This document shows, in pieces, positions 19,373 through 30,011 of a stretch of DNA of 64,000 bases (the stretch's first letter is position 1; each line of letters opens with the position of its first letter). Origin of the DNA: Candidatus Hydrogenedentota bacterium (lineage in GTDB: Bacteria > Hydrogenedentota > Hydrogenedentia > Hydrogenedentales > SLHB01); the NCBI GenBank assembly GCA_963668025.2, contig CAXXTH010000012.1, forward strand, positions 64,001 to 128,000, in the 5' to 3' direction. The translations under genes and the position numbers were made by a program. The notes under the pieces are model-generated. The model was not told where the DNA came from. It did no database searches and saw nothing but the letters and a program-made list of their open reading frames with translations.

Positions 19373-19882
19373 ATGCAGTTCTTTCAGATGAGATATAAGT
19401 GCAGGTATATAGGAATTGCGTGTTTTATGAGCTGCCTGCTGTTTGGATGCCGCGTATACAAAGAGTTTACCGACAGTTATGTACAGGATAAGGAACAGCG
19501 GCTGGCCATAGGCCAAGAGGAAGAGGAATTCTGGAACGGCGGCGGCAGGATGGTCAAAACTCTACCGGATATCGACGGCCTGCTTACGGTCCGCTATTCC
19601 CTGGATACAAATGAAGTTTGGGCACGGGGAACCACTGAATTACCGAGTGAAACACTTATCCAGGAATTCAAACAATCCGGTTGGCAGGAATCGGCATCAA
19701 TGGCTCCTTACCTTTTACCGCTCAGTCCCAATCATTTTCGTGCAGCGCCAGATATATCGTGGTGGCCGGGTTCCGGCCTCTCGTCTGCCACCGGCACTTT
19801 TCTGGAAGGGCCAGCCGGGACAGCGGTGCGTGCATGGATTCCTCACGGCGAAACCTGCTTCTATCTTTGGGATTTGGGGTAA
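19373..19882 (+). CDS. Hypothetical lipoprotein
   Basis: LLFGC lipobox; GGGAG upstream. Confidence 0.55.
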   Translation: MQFFQMRYKCRYIGIACFMSCLLFGCRVYKEFTDSYVQDKEQRLAIGQEEEEFWNGGGRMVKTLPDIDGLLTVRYSLDTNEVWARGTTELPSETLIQEFKQSGWQESASMAPYLLPLSPNHFRAAPDISWWPGSGLSSATGTFLEGPAGTAVRAWIPHGETCFYLWDLG

Positions 19883-20064
19883 TAAGTGCCTAACGAACAG
19901 AAACCCACGCCATTCTTCTTTATCCCCTGTGTTTCGGCTTGTTTCCAGCACATTTGACATGGAATGTGGACGCCATTATGCTTCCAGGATATTACAACTT
20001 TTAAATTAGTAATATTTGGAAAGCGGTTTGAAAAGTCGTTTCAAAAGAAAGGCGGCATGCGCAT

Positions 20065-21183
20065 ATGGCGGCGAAACAGTCCAACCATACTACAAAAACA
20101 GTAACAAACTCGGTGTCGCGGGAGCTGAGCCGGGAAGAACGGCGTCGCAAACAGGGGTTGTTCGCCCATCCGGTGAAACCGATTGATGTGAAATCCTGCA
20201 CGGGGATTGCGAGTTTGGTGGAAGGCATGAAAGGCATGTCGATCCAAGCGCGCAATATAGGCCTGTGCGCGTCGGTGCTGGAGCGGATGATGAAGGATAA
20301 GGCGCGGCCGACGGTTTTTCTCGGGCTTGCAGGCCCTTTGATTGCAGCCGGGCTCCGCACCTTGATTCGCGATCTGGTGGCGGGAGGTTATGTGGATGCC
20401 GTCGTTTCGACAGGAGCCATCATCTACCAAGATATCTACCAGGCGCGCGGGCACCGTCATTATCAAGGGTCAGTTGTTGCGGATGACACGGCATTGCGCT
20501 CGTTATACATAGACCGCATATATGACACGTATGTAGATGAGGAGAAATTTTGGGACACCGATATCTGGTGTGGCGCGGTGGCGGATGAGTTAACGCCGGG
20601 GGCCTATTCTTCCCGGCAGTATCTCAGCCACTTAGGCTCGAAGCTTACGGATGGCGGTTCGATTCTTTACACCTGCTGCCAGATGGGCGTTCCCATGTTT
20701 TGCCCGGCGTTGAACGACAGCTCGATTGGCATTGGGCTTACACACCACCGGCATCGCTGTAAAATGGAGAAACGGCCAGGAATAACCATCGATTCCATTC
20801 AAGACAATTATGAGCTGACACAAATCGTGGTGAAATCCAAGAAGACCGCAGCCATCTATGTGGCGGGAGGCGTGTCCAAAAATTACATCAATGATTCCGT
20901 CGTGATGGGTTATATTTTTGGCCTTGATCGCGGGCATGATTACGCATTACAGGTGACAACCGCCGTCACGGCGGATGGGGGGCTTTCCTCGAGTACGCTC
21001 GGTGAAGCCCAGAGCTGGGGAAAAATCCGTTCCGATGCGGATTTCGCCATGGCTTGGGTGGAGCCCAGTGTAGCGCTGCCGTTGCTGGCGGGTTATCTTT
21101 TCGAGCGGTTCCCAGCTCCATGCAGGCCGCGCCTCCGTTATGGCTGGAATGACGACCTCTTGACTGCTTTGCGTCGGGAGTGA
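20065..21183 (+). CDS. Deoxyhypusine synthase-like protein
   Basis: VSTGA, DRIYDTY, PALNDSSIG, GGLSSSTLGEAQSWGK. Confidence 0.92.
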   Translation: MAAKQSNHTTKTVTNSVSRELSREERRRKQGLFAHPVKPIDVKSCTGIASLVEGMKGMSIQARNIGLCASVLERMMKDKARPTVFLGLAGPLIAAGLRTLIRDLVAGGYVDAVVSTGAIIYQDIYQARGHRHYQGSVVADDTALRSLYIDRIYDTYVDEEKFWDTDIWCGAVADELTPGAYSSRQYLSHLGSKLTDGGSILYTCCQMGVPMFCPALNDSSIGIGLTHHRHRCKMEKRPGITIDSIQDNYELTQIVVKSKKTAAIYVAGGVSKNYINDSVVMGYIFGLDRGHDYALQVTTAVTADGGLSSSTLGEAQSWGKIRSDADFAMAWVEPSVALPLLAGYLFERFPAPCRPRLRYGWNDDLLTALRRE

Positions 21184-21341
21184 GCGAAAACGCGTATCGG
21201 GCAGAAAGCCAGCACATAGAGCTGTGCTATATATACGACAAGTCAATTTTTAAAATGCAATTGCTTTCATCAATAAGGCATAATTGCCGCCGTCACAAGA
21301 GAGATTGCCACTACATATCTTAACCCGGAATTGGAGGCCAT

Positions 21342-22883
21342 ATGCGAGCGCATGTATTCACAATTTATGTTTTAGCTTTGTGCATTTTACTTGCCACCGT
21401 TACCGCTTCAGGGGAAGACGAAATGACATTGTCTATGAAGTCAGGTTTGGCGCCCAATCAAGTTCTCCAGTGCGATGAGAATGACACCGCGATGCTTGAA
21501 TGCTCCGGTGAAACCACGCCAGGCGTTCGGGGAACACTCGAAGGACGAATCGTATCATCCAGTACGCCTGGTCAGGTGGTGCTTGATTGGCGGGTGTTGC
21601 GCAGGAATGTTCCTCACCGGTGGGTGGTTCGCATTAAGGATATCCCCGTGGGTGGGCCTTACACTTTGGAATTGTGCGTTCGGGATGATAAGGAGCGTGC
21701 CGTTTGCTCCCAGACTATAGCGCCATTCTTCGTTGGCGATATCTGGCTGCTCGGGGGGCAATCGAATATGGCGGGCGCCGGCAATATAACTGATGTTACC
21801 CCGCCCAATGAGCGGGTCATGGTTTTCGCGATGAATGACAACTGGCGGCAGGCCGAGGAACCGTTGCATCGCTTAGCCGAAGGACGCTATTTTGCCTATA
21901 ATCCGAGCATAAAAGGGGATGTACAAGAAGAAGCCATTCCAGACGTGAAAGGCCCATTTCTCAAGGGCGCGGGCATCGGGCTGCCTTTTGCGGATGAAAT
22001 AGCCAAGGCAACAGGCCGCCCCATTGGGCTAGTGCCCTGCGCGGTGGGCGGCACGTCCATGGACCAGTGGAGTCCTGCCCTGAAAAAAGATGGCGGCCGT
22101 TCGCTATATGGCGCGATGCTTGCCCGTTTTCATGCCGTAGGCGGAAAAGCAAAAGGGCTATTGTGGTATCAAGGTGAAGCGGAAGCTGGCCCGGAAGCGG
22201 CGGCAGTGTTTCAGTCAAAATTCGTGGCATTCGCAAAAGCATTGCGCGACGATTTCGATGCGCCCCAATTTCCTATTTACTATGTTCAAATAGGCCGTTT
22301 CATTCTTGATCCAAATGATGGGATGGAACCATCCTGGAGTTTTGCGCAACAGGTGCAGTTGGATTGTGAGCCGCTGATACAATATGGCGGAATGGTTCCT
22401 TCCGTGGATTTGGAGCTGGATGATTTAATCCACATGAATACCCAAAGCAGCAAGAAGCTTGCCCAGCGCCTCGCGAAACAGGTGCTGCGCGATCTCTACG
22501 GCGGGGCCAAAATCGAAAATGGCCCACGGCCGCAGTCCGCCGTATGGGTGGATACGCCATATGGCCCCACCATCCGTGTTACGTTCAAGGGCGTGAATGG
22601 CCGCCTCCTCTGTAATGGACGCCTGAGCGGTTTCAGGCTCTGTGATGCGGATAAGAATACATTGCCGGTCGTTTATAACCAGCAAGTGGCAACGGATGCG
22701 CCCGACACGGTTGTCCTTTGGATTTCAAACATACCCGAGATGAAGCTCACCGTCGCCGAGCCGGAAAAGACCTTTGTGTATTACGGGAGAAGCAGAAATC
22801 CTTACTGCAACCTTACAGATGAACAAGACATGGGCACGCCTGCATTCGGGCCTCTGCCTGTCACGAAAAACGCCGCACCATAA
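21342..22883 (+). CDS. Secreted sialate O-acetylesterase (SASA/SGNH) protein
   Basis: GQSNM, WYQGE, DLIH; signal peptide. Confidence 0.88.
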   Translation: MRAHVFTIYVLALCILLATVTASGEDEMTLSMKSGLAPNQVLQCDENDTAMLECSGETTPGVRGTLEGRIVSSSTPGQVVLDWRVLRRNVPHRWVVRIKDIPVGGPYTLELCVRDDKERAVCSQTIAPFFVGDIWLLGGQSNMAGAGNITDVTPPNERVMVFAMNDNWRQAEEPLHRLAEGRYFAYNPSIKGDVQEEAIPDVKGPFLKGAGIGLPFADEIAKATGRPIGLVPCAVGGTSMDQWSPALKKDGGRSLYGAMLARFHAVGGKAKGLLWYQGEAEAGPEAAAVFQSKFVAFAKALRDDFDAPQFPIYYVQIGRFILDPNDGMEPSWSFAQQVQLDCEPLIQYGGMVPSVDLELDDLIHMNTQSSKKLAQRLAKQVLRDLYGGAKIENGPRPQSAVWVDTPYGPTIRVTFKGVNGRLLCNGRLSGFRLCDADKNTLPVVYNQQVATDAPDTVVLWISNIPEMKLTVAEPEKTFVYYGRSRNPYCNLTDEQDMGTPAFGPLPVTKNAAP

Positions 22884-22895
22884 CCTGTATAAGAA

Positions 22896-22931
22896 AGCCA
22901 GCCGCCCGAATGAACGGGCGGCTGGCTGTTT
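22896..22931. terminator. Intrinsic terminator between convergent genes
   Basis: 13-bp stem AGCCAGCCGCCCG/CGGGCGGCTGGCT. Confidence 0.85.
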
Positions 22932-22946
22932 ACTTTGTCTATTTCA

Positions 22947-24257
22947 TTAGAACTGGGGAAGGTGCGCTTTGTTCTTGCGCAGCATTTCATCCACCATTTT
23001 CCGAATTTCCGAAAGCGTCAATACGGCGGCGGTCAGCGGATCATAAGCAATGGCTTGAAATAGCAGCTTTGCATTGCCCGTCAACGCCGCTTCAACGGCC
23101 ATTTCTTCCGTGGCTACCGCGATGTTATTCAATGCCGCAAGCTGAATGGGCAATGGGCCCGCATACATGGGGCGAAGCGTATTTTTGCTGGCCAATACAG
23201 GTACTTCAACGCAGGCGAGGTCCGGAAGGTTTGGAATGAGCCCCGTGTTGGGCACGTTTCCATTGAATACGAACGGTTCACCGCCTATATAGGCATTGAT
23301 AATGGACGCGGCGTATTCATTGCCCCGTTCGAGCGGCATGGGCGCGCCGTCACTCAGCCATTTCTCGACTTCGCGTTTCCAGGTGCGCGCCGTATTCCGG
23401 TAGTCGTTCAGCGTGAAGGCATATTCGCCGGGATTCCAGCCGGTGCCGGACATACAGTACTTTTTGAGTAAATCCGGGCGTTTCCGGAACCACCAGTTAT
23501 ATTCCGAGTTGTGGCCGCTGGATTCGGTGACATAATAGTCCAACGCGAAAAACATCTCGTTTCGCACGATCTCGCCATCGTAATACTTCTTCTTTTGCAC
23601 CGCTTTGCGAATGAGGGGATAGGCGTCCACCCCGTTCCACTCATATTTCAAAAACCATGCCAGATGATTGATACCCGCGCAAAGATAGGTGATTTCATCG
23701 AAGGGAGCGCCAATCCAGTCGGATAGCATTTTCGCGGTTCCTTGCACGCTATGGCAAAGGCCGCTCACCTTCACTTTGGATTTACGCTGCATGGCCCGGC
23801 AGAGCATGGCCATGGGATTCGTATAATTGAGGAGCAATGCATTTGGGCATACGGCTTCTATGTCCGCACAGATATCCAGCATGACGGGAATCGTGCGCAA
23901 GGCCCGGAAAATGCCGCTCGGGCCGCGCGTATCGCCCACATTAATATTGACGCCATATTTCTTGGGAATCAGGATGTCATGCTGCCAAACATCCACGCCG
24001 CCCGCCAGGATGGTGCATAACACGGCGTCCGCACCTTTTAACGCTTCCCGGCGATCCTGGGTCGCTTCGATTTTCGCCGAATATCCGCCGCGCTCCACGA
24101 TGCTTTGTACGGCGCGCACCGCAAAATCCAAGCGTTCCGCATCGATATCCATCAGCGATATCGTTGCATCGCTTAGAAGCGGATAGGTTAATAAATCTCG
24201 GACGAGGCCCCGCGTGAACCCCAAACTCCCTGCACCGATGAATGCTACCTTCGACAT
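22947..24257 (-). CDS. melA: GH4 alpha-galactosidase
   Basis: [41 protein letters not shown]. Confidence 0.92.
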   Translation of the reverse strand: MSKVAFIGAGSLGFTRGLVRDLLTYPLLSDATISLMDIDAERLDFAVRAVQSIVERGGYSAKIEATQDRREALKGADAVLCTILAGGVDVWQHDILIPKKYGVNINVGDTRGPSGIFRALRTIPVMLDICADIEAVCPNALLLNYTNPMAMLCRAMQRKSKVKVSGLCHSVQGTAKMLSDWIGAPFDEITYLCAGINHLAWFLKYEWNGVDAYPLIRKAVQKKKYYDGEIVRNEMFFALDYYVTESSGHNSEYNWWFRKRPDLLKKYCMSGTGWNPGEYAFTLNDYRNTARTWKREVEKWLSDGAPMPLERGNEYAASIINAYIGGEPFVFNGNVPNTGLIPNLPDLACVEVPVLASKNTLRPMYAGPLPIQLAALNNIAVATEEMAVEAALTGNAKLLFQAIAYDPLTAAVLTLSEIRKMVDEMLRKNKAHLPQF

Positions 24258-24426
24258 ATAAACCCCTTTCTTCACTAATAATCCTGTAAAAATGGTGGTC
24301 GTATCCGTGCATGGCTGCCCCGGCGGCCCTCTACCCATCGGCAGTACAATAATCGTTGCTGATATAATTTGCACATTTTTTTGATGGCCGTTTGGGGGTG
24401 AAAAAAGAGTTTTCCATTAAAAACAT

Positions 24427-24540
24427 CGCGCGGCATAGCCGCAACCAAAGAGCCGGATTTTGAGACCATCAAATACACTAAATACACTAAAATTTGTAGG
24501 GTGGGGCTTGCCCCACCGCTCAAGGGATACGCCTATATAG
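24427..24540 (+). repeat. Composite repeat: GCGGC-ATA-GCCGCAACCAAA module, AAATACACT arm and GTAG-REP
   Basis: Modules shared with 47891, 44210 and 46823; REP plus tail (24496-24538) matches the reverse complement of 62391-62434. Confidence 0.85.
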
Positions 24541-24810
24541 TCCCACCATAACTATTTGATATGCAAGGTATTATCAGGAAAATCTCCGCTAGAAAACGAC
24601 ATTTTGAAAGATAGTAGTACGTAGTGCTCAAGTGATGCGCGTTAAACAAACCGAAAGTCAATAAATAGTGCATAAAAATGCCTATATCAGTCATGAATTG
24701 CCTTCTGCAGCCTCTTGGCATAAGATATGGTGAGAGTAGCTCAGATTCACAGGTTGAAAGGCCAGTTTTGATTTGCAAGTTGAGCCGGTTGAGAAGAAGG
24801 AGGATGAGCA

Positions 24811-25500
24811 ATGGCGGATGCCTTTCGTGGCGTAGGCGCGCCTTACACAGGAAAAGAGCCGGGTTGGAAAGTTACGCTTGGCCGATGGTTCGAAGGCTGC
24901 CGCGATGCGTATAATGCCTATCGCGCAGGACGGGAATTTGCACGATATAGCGTGCTAGGTCTGAATGCGCTTGTTTTTTCCACATCGAGCTGTTTTAACG
25001 GCGGCCGGCGGGAAGACATCCATATCGGCCAGGGATTTGTGTGCCGCGGAATTCTGCGCCGGGAAACCTACGGCGCGGGAAAGATCGAGATTGGCGAGCG
25101 GGTCTATATTGGCGATAACACGATCGTGAGCAGCGCCGCAGGCATTCAGATTGGGCATCACACGCTTATATCCCACAACTGCCATATTTTTGATAACAAT
25201 TCACACAGCATTAATGCATTGGTGCGCATGCGCCATTTCGAGGCTCTCCTGTCGGTGGGGCATACGGAAAAATCATTTGATGTCTCTACTGCGCCGGTGT
25301 CGATTGGGGCCCATTGCTGGCTAGGATTTAACGTGACCGTCATGCGCGGAGTAACGATAGGCGACGGCTGTATTATCGCCTCGAATAGCGTAGTACTAAA
25401 AGATATACCGCCTTGGTCGCTGGCAGCAGGCAATCCGGCCAAAGTCATACGCCCGCTGGAAAATCTGGAAAGCGAGCTGCAACAGCAAGCAAGCCAATGA
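24811..25500 (+). CDS. Hexapeptide-repeat acyltransferase
   Basis: IFDNNSH, IGAHCWLG, GVTIGDG, AGNPAKVI. Confidence 0.9.
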   Translation: MADAFRGVGAPYTGKEPGWKVTLGRWFEGCRDAYNAYRAGREFARYSVLGLNALVFSTSSCFNGGRREDIHIGQGFVCRGILRRETYGAGKIEIGERVYIGDNTIVSSAAGIQIGHHTLISHNCHIFDNNSHSINALVRMRHFEALLSVGHTEKSFDVSTAPVSIGAHCWLGFNVTVMRGVTIGDGCIIASNSVVLKDIPPWSLAAGNPAKVIRPLENLESELQQQASQ

Positions 25501-25690
25501 GATGCGCGCTTCGCAACATCACAACCAACGATGTGGATTATCGGACCACGAAAGCCTTGCCGCATAACTGCGGTAAGTTCTTCGCTGCTGGGAGATGAGC
25601 TTTCCGGATATTTCACCACAAAGACGCCTGCCGCTCGGCTGCTCTTATTTTTTTACTGGCGCGTGGTGAGAAAATGTGGTATACTGCGGT

Positions 25691-25807
25691 TAGTGAAAGC
25701 AGCGTAGCGAGAATGGCTAAGCGTGAGTCCCGCAATGGACCTTCGATGGCATTTATAAAATGCCGGGAAAAGAGTAGCGCTCTCGACGCCGCTTTCACTA
25801 TTTTTTT
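25691..25807 (+). ncRNA. Candidate structured small RNA
   Basis: TG-n-TATACT at 25677-25685; 5' and 3' ends pair; two internal hairpins; T7 tail. Confidence 0.5.
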
Positions 25808-25819
25808 GTGTCTCCCGCC

Positions 25820-26359
25820 TTATTCTGGCCCATGCCGACTGCTGAAAACCGCCGCGAGTTGTTCCCGGTTATGGGTGCTTACAAGCCGTTGTATGTCTCC
25901 CAGCGCACATGGACTACGCAGAGTATGCATTTCAGCGCTCTCCTGTCGGCGAACGGCTTCCAGTTTATTCTCTAGTTTTATGATGCCCCGCAACACATCC
26001 TGCCGTGTAATCACGCCCGCCAATGTTTCATTGTCAACGACCGGCAAAGCGGGGAAGTTGGACAGCAAGAATAATTGCGCCACGGTAAACAGGTCCATCC
26101 CCACACTGACCGCCATTTTTACTTCGGACATGAACTCACTCACCGTGCCGGAAACGACATTGCTGTACGCGGAAGTGCTTATGATCCGCAAGCAGTCTTT
26201 TTCCGTCAAAATACCCACCAAATGGCGGTTGGAATCGACTACCGGCGCGCCGGAAGCCTGTTTTTTCACCAATAGGTCTATGGCTAAGAAAACGTCCATA
26301 TCCGGCTGGAGCGTAAAATAGGACTTCGCCATACAATCACGAGCGGTTGGGATAACCAT
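25820..26359 (-). CDS. CBS domain pair protein
   Basis: SGAPVVD..GILTEKD, LPVVD..GVITRQD. Confidence 0.9.
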   Translation of the reverse strand: MVIPTARDCMAKSYFTLQPDMDVFLAIDLLVKKQASGAPVVDSNRHLVGILTEKDCLRIISTSAYSNVVSGTVSEFMSEVKMAVSVGMDLFTVAQLFLLSNFPALPVVDNETLAGVITRQDVLRGIIKLENKLEAVRRQESAEMHTLRSPCALGDIQRLVSTHNREQLAAVFSSRHGPE

Positions 26360-26450
26360 CTTTACCCCTCCTTTTTCACAATTACCAATTGATCAAGGAA
26401 CGCCCGATATGCTTTGGCCTATTCCCCGCCTGTCTCGCGAGGAAAGGGCA

Positions 26451-26933
26451 TCAGGATGGATTGGGGGCTGGAAGAGGCAAGGATTTTACAGAAAGTATGT
26501 GTAGCGGACGCCATCTTCCTGATGGCGTATACTCGATCTGCACCGGATCATCCGTCTGAAATTGTTCCCAAAGAGAACGTTCGACCGCAAGCCCGCCTCG
26601 ATAAGGTTCTGCGTTCATGTCGTCAGATTTGATGGAAATAGGCTCGAATTCAAAATAAAGGGCATATATCTCTTGAGCTTTTTCAAGGGCGCGCACCTCT
26701 TTTCCTATTATCCGGCCTTCTGCATACTCAGTAATGGAACCCCGGAATGAATCTGTTATCCGTTGTCCGAAAAACGCGCCGGCAATCAAGATGGTTGTAA
26801 TGACGATGACCAGGCGGTTCGATTGCCGTAAAGAGAGGCGGCGCCGGAATAGAGGCTGGACAGCGGAGCCTTGAAAACGCTGGGTCCCTAAGGCCCGATC
26901 ACGAAAACTGTCCTTATTGTATTTTGTGGCCAT
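26451..26933 (-). CDS. Hypothetical single-TM protein
   Basis: 160-aa ORF with one TM segment. Confidence 0.6.
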   Translation of the reverse strand: MATKYNKDSFRDRALGTQRFQGSAVQPLFRRRLSLRQSNRLVIVITTILIAGAFFGQRITDSFRGSITEYAEGRIIGKEVRALEKAQEIYALYFEFEPISIKSDDMNAEPYRGGLAVERSLWEQFQTDDPVQIEYTPSGRWRPLHILSVKSLPLPAPNPS

Positions 26934-27077
26934 CTGGTCTTGCCTTTCGTTATATACGGCCTTGCTTGCGCTTTATTATAATAGCATTGCACGGCTGCCG
27001 CCATGCGGATTTTTTGACATGGTTGTAACGGTTGTAGGATGATCCGCCAATTCTGGGCAAGATGAGGGAGTATTTCA

Positions 27078-28421
27078 ATGAATGTCTTTGTGGCGGGAGG
27101 CGGCCGTGTCGGGTTTCATCTGGCGCGCTTGCTCACCATCGAAGGGCATGATGTCACCATTATCGAAATTGATCCCAACCGGGTCGAGCAGGCGGATTAC
27201 GCCTTGGATGCGCGGACCATCACCGGCAATGCCGTGTCCGTCATGCTGCTCACCGAGGCCGGAGTGGGCGCCGCGGATGTATTCGTGGCGGCGTTGCGCA
27301 CGGATGAATTGAATCTGCTGGCCGCGGCCACGGCCAAATCGCTGGGTGCGAAGCAAGTGGTGGCCCGGGTGGATGATGCATCATACATCGAATCCTCGAT
27401 GCTTTATGAAACCTTGCTCAATATCGACTACATTTTAAGCCCTGACGCCCTGACGGCGGCGGAAATAGCGCGGTTTATCGAGAATCCCGGTATGATCGCC
27501 ATGGAAGAATTCGGCCGGGGGCTTGTCCAGATGCGCCAAGTCCGCGTGGCCAAATCACCCACGCGCAATGGGCGCACCTTGCGTGATGTTTGCCCTCCGG
27601 GCTGTGGCGCGCTGCTGGGCACCATTAATCGCAAAGGCCAGACCATGGTGCCCAACGGCAGCAGCGTGGTCGAGCCGGGCGACCTTATCACGTTGATCGG
27701 CAAACGGGAAAGCATCCCCACACTACAGAGCCAATTTCAAGGCCATATCACCAAAACGGACCACATCACCATCATGGGCGGCGGTAGCATCGGGCTGCAT
27801 TTGGCCCAGCTCCTGGATAACCGAGCTTGTTCCGTTAAGCTCATTGATTGGGACATGGAACGGTGTAATTTTCTGGCGGCCAAACTCAAGCGGGTGAAAG
27901 TGGTCTGCCGCGACGCCTCGAGCCGCAGCGCCCTCGAGCAAGAGCATATCGACGAAATGGACCTGTTCGTGGCCACCACGAGCGATGATGAGCGCAACAT
28001 CATGGCGTGCGTGCTCGCCAAGGAAATCGGCGCGGCCCATTCCGTCGCCGTGGTGAATCAGCCTGATTTTGCACCGCTAGTGGGAAGATTGGGAATTGAC
28101 CACGCCGTGACGCCCAGGGCGTGCCTGTCGAATCGCATTTTACGGCTGATCCATCAAAAGAATATCTCAACGCTGGCCGTGCTCGATGAAGGCCAGGTTG
28201 AGATCATCGAGTTTAAAGTAGAAGCTCCTGCACCTCTCACAGGGAAAAGCTTGCGTGATATTGCTGGCCGTTTCCCAAAAGGAGCTTTGGTGGCCACCAT
28301 CTTGCGTGGTGAAGAGGTCATCGTTCCCAGCGGCGAAAGCCGTATTGAAGTGGGGGATTCCGTGGTCATGGTCGCGGCGCTTGATTCCATTGACGCTGTA
28401 TTGAAGCTTTTCACATCATGA
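27078..28421 (+). CDS. trkA: Trk potassium uptake NAD-binding subunit
   Basis: Two RCK N/C units, GGGRVG and GGGSIG. Confidence 0.95.
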   Translation: MNVFVAGGGRVGFHLARLLTIEGHDVTIIEIDPNRVEQADYALDARTITGNAVSVMLLTEAGVGAADVFVAALRTDELNLLAAATAKSLGAKQVVARVDDASYIESSMLYETLLNIDYILSPDALTAAEIARFIENPGMIAMEEFGRGLVQMRQVRVAKSPTRNGRTLRDVCPPGCGALLGTINRKGQTMVPNGSSVVEPGDLITLIGKRESIPTLQSQFQGHITKTDHITIMGGGSIGLHLAQLLDNRACSVKLIDWDMERCNFLAAKLKRVKVVCRDASSRSALEQEHIDEMDLFVATTSDDERNIMACVLAKEIGAAHSVAVVNQPDFAPLVGRLGIDHAVTPRACLSNRILRLIHQKNISTLAVLDEGQVEIIEFKVEAPAPLTGKSLRDIAGRFPKGALVATILRGEEVIVPSGESRIEVGDSVVMVAALDSIDAVLKLFTS

Positions 28422-29956
28422 ATTATCGTCTTGTAGCTAAAATGATGGGGCTCTATGGGTATGCCATTGGGGCCGTGTTTCTGCCTTCCATTTTATGGGC
28501 GCTCTACTATAAAGAATGGGAAACCATCCCGGGATTTCTGTATTCCATTCTTGTGTCCTGCGCCGTAGGCGTTGTATTGCGCCTGCTGGGGAGGAATGCT
28601 TCCCCCCGATTTTTTCAGCGTGAAGCCTTAGCGGTGGTCGCTTTGAGCTGGGTGCTCACGGGCATACTGGGGGCACTGCCGTATATTTTCAACGGAGTGC
28701 TCCACGTAGTTCCCGCCATATTCGAGAGCGTTTCCGGGTTTTCCACCACGGGGGCAAGCGTCATCGACGACGTGGAAGCCGTGCCTAAAGGCGTTTTATT
28801 CTGGCGCGCGTTGACCCACTGGCTCGGGGGCATTGGCATCATTGTGCTTTATATCGCCGTGCTTCCCTATTTGGGAGCAGGTGGCAAACAGCTCTTCAAA
28901 TCGGAATCCTCGATTGATCCCCGGGCGCTCCGCCCCCGGATCAAGGAGAGCGCCCTGATCTTACTGGGCATCTATTCGGGCCTCACCACGCTCGAGATTA
29001 TCGCATTACTCTGCACGGGGCAGATGAACCTGTTCGAAGCCATGTGCCATAGCTTTGCGACGCTGGCCACGGGCGGATTCTCTACGCGCAATCTGAGCGT
29101 CGGCGCATACAACAGTATTGCCGTGGAAGTGGTGATTATGATTTTTATGATCAGCGGCGCTTCCAGTTTCTTGCTGTACTTTAATGTGCTAAAAGGGCGG
29201 TGGAATGCCTTTTTCGAGGATATGGAATGGCGCACGTTCATTTCGATCTTGGGTGTTTCCACTCTGCTCATCGCGCTTAATGTTTCTGGCCTATTCGGCG
29301 GACCCGATTTTCATCCCTCCGATGTTTCTGGCAATCCGCCTGTAGCGCATGCCGCCGAACCTACGACGTTTGCCCATGCCCTTCGCGAAGCGGCTTTTAA
29401 CGCCACTTCCCTTATGACCAATACGGGCTTCATGGCAGATGATTTTGATTATTGGCCCTTCTTTTCGAGAATGCTGCTCATTGCATTGATGACCCTCGGA
29501 GGCTGTGCGGGCTCGACATGTGGCGGTATGAAAATCGTCCGAATCATCATTGTAATGAAAATGATAGCCATCCGCATTGGGCAGACTTTCCGCCCGAAAA
29601 CGGTTTATGCGTTGCGAGTCGGCGGAGAAGTCGTGAGTGATATTGTTCAACAGCGGTCCGCCGTGTTTGTGCTGACGTATTTATTGTGCCTGGCTGTTTG
29701 TTCACTTTGCATGTCGGCGTTTGGCCTTCCATTTGACGCAGCCGTCTCCTCCGTGGCAACCTGCATGAGCGGCACAGGCCCAGGATTGGGCCTCGTTGGC
29801 GGTATTGAAACGTATTCGTTTATTCCATACGGAGGGCAATTATTCCTTTGCTTTTGCATGATATTGGGTCGGCTCGAGTTATTCAGCTTGCTGGTGTTGT
29901 TTGCGCCAGGATTCTGGCGTCTCGCTCCGGAGAAACCTTCCCAAGATACTATTTGA
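28418..29956 (+). CDS. trkH: Trk potassium uptake membrane subunit
   Basis: FESVSGFSTTGAS, ATGGFS, GGCAGST. Confidence 0.95.
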   Translation: MNYRLVAKMMGLYGYAIGAVFLPSILWALYYKEWETIPGFLYSILVSCAVGVVLRLLGRNASPRFFQREALAVVALSWVLTGILGALPYIFNGVLHVVPAIFESVSGFSTTGASVIDDVEAVPKGVLFWRALTHWLGGIGIIVLYIAVLPYLGAGGKQLFKSESSIDPRALRPRIKESALILLGIYSGLTTLEIIALLCTGQMNLFEAMCHSFATLATGGFSTRNLSVGAYNSIAVEVVIMIFMISGASSFLLYFNVLKGRWNAFFEDMEWRTFISILGVSTLLIALNVSGLFGGPDFHPSDVSGNPPVAHAAEPTTFAHALREAAFNATSLMTNTGFMADDFDYWPFFSRMLLIALMTLGGCAGSTCGGMKIVRIIIVMKMIAIRIGQTFRPKTVYALRVGGEVVSDIVQQRSAVFVLTYLLCLAVCSLCMSAFGLPFDAAVSSVATCMSGTGPGLGLVGGIETYSFIPYGGQLFLCFCMILGRLELFSLLVLFAPGFWRLAPEKPSQDTI

Positions 29957-30011
29957 CGCCGTAGAGGTTTAGAGGCTTTTGGCCCGCAACCCAAGGAGAT
30001 TGGGAATCACC

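Noticed and set aside
26934-27077. c-di-AMP riboswitch before trkA
   Set aside because: No ydaO-type conserved core seen and the leader is short
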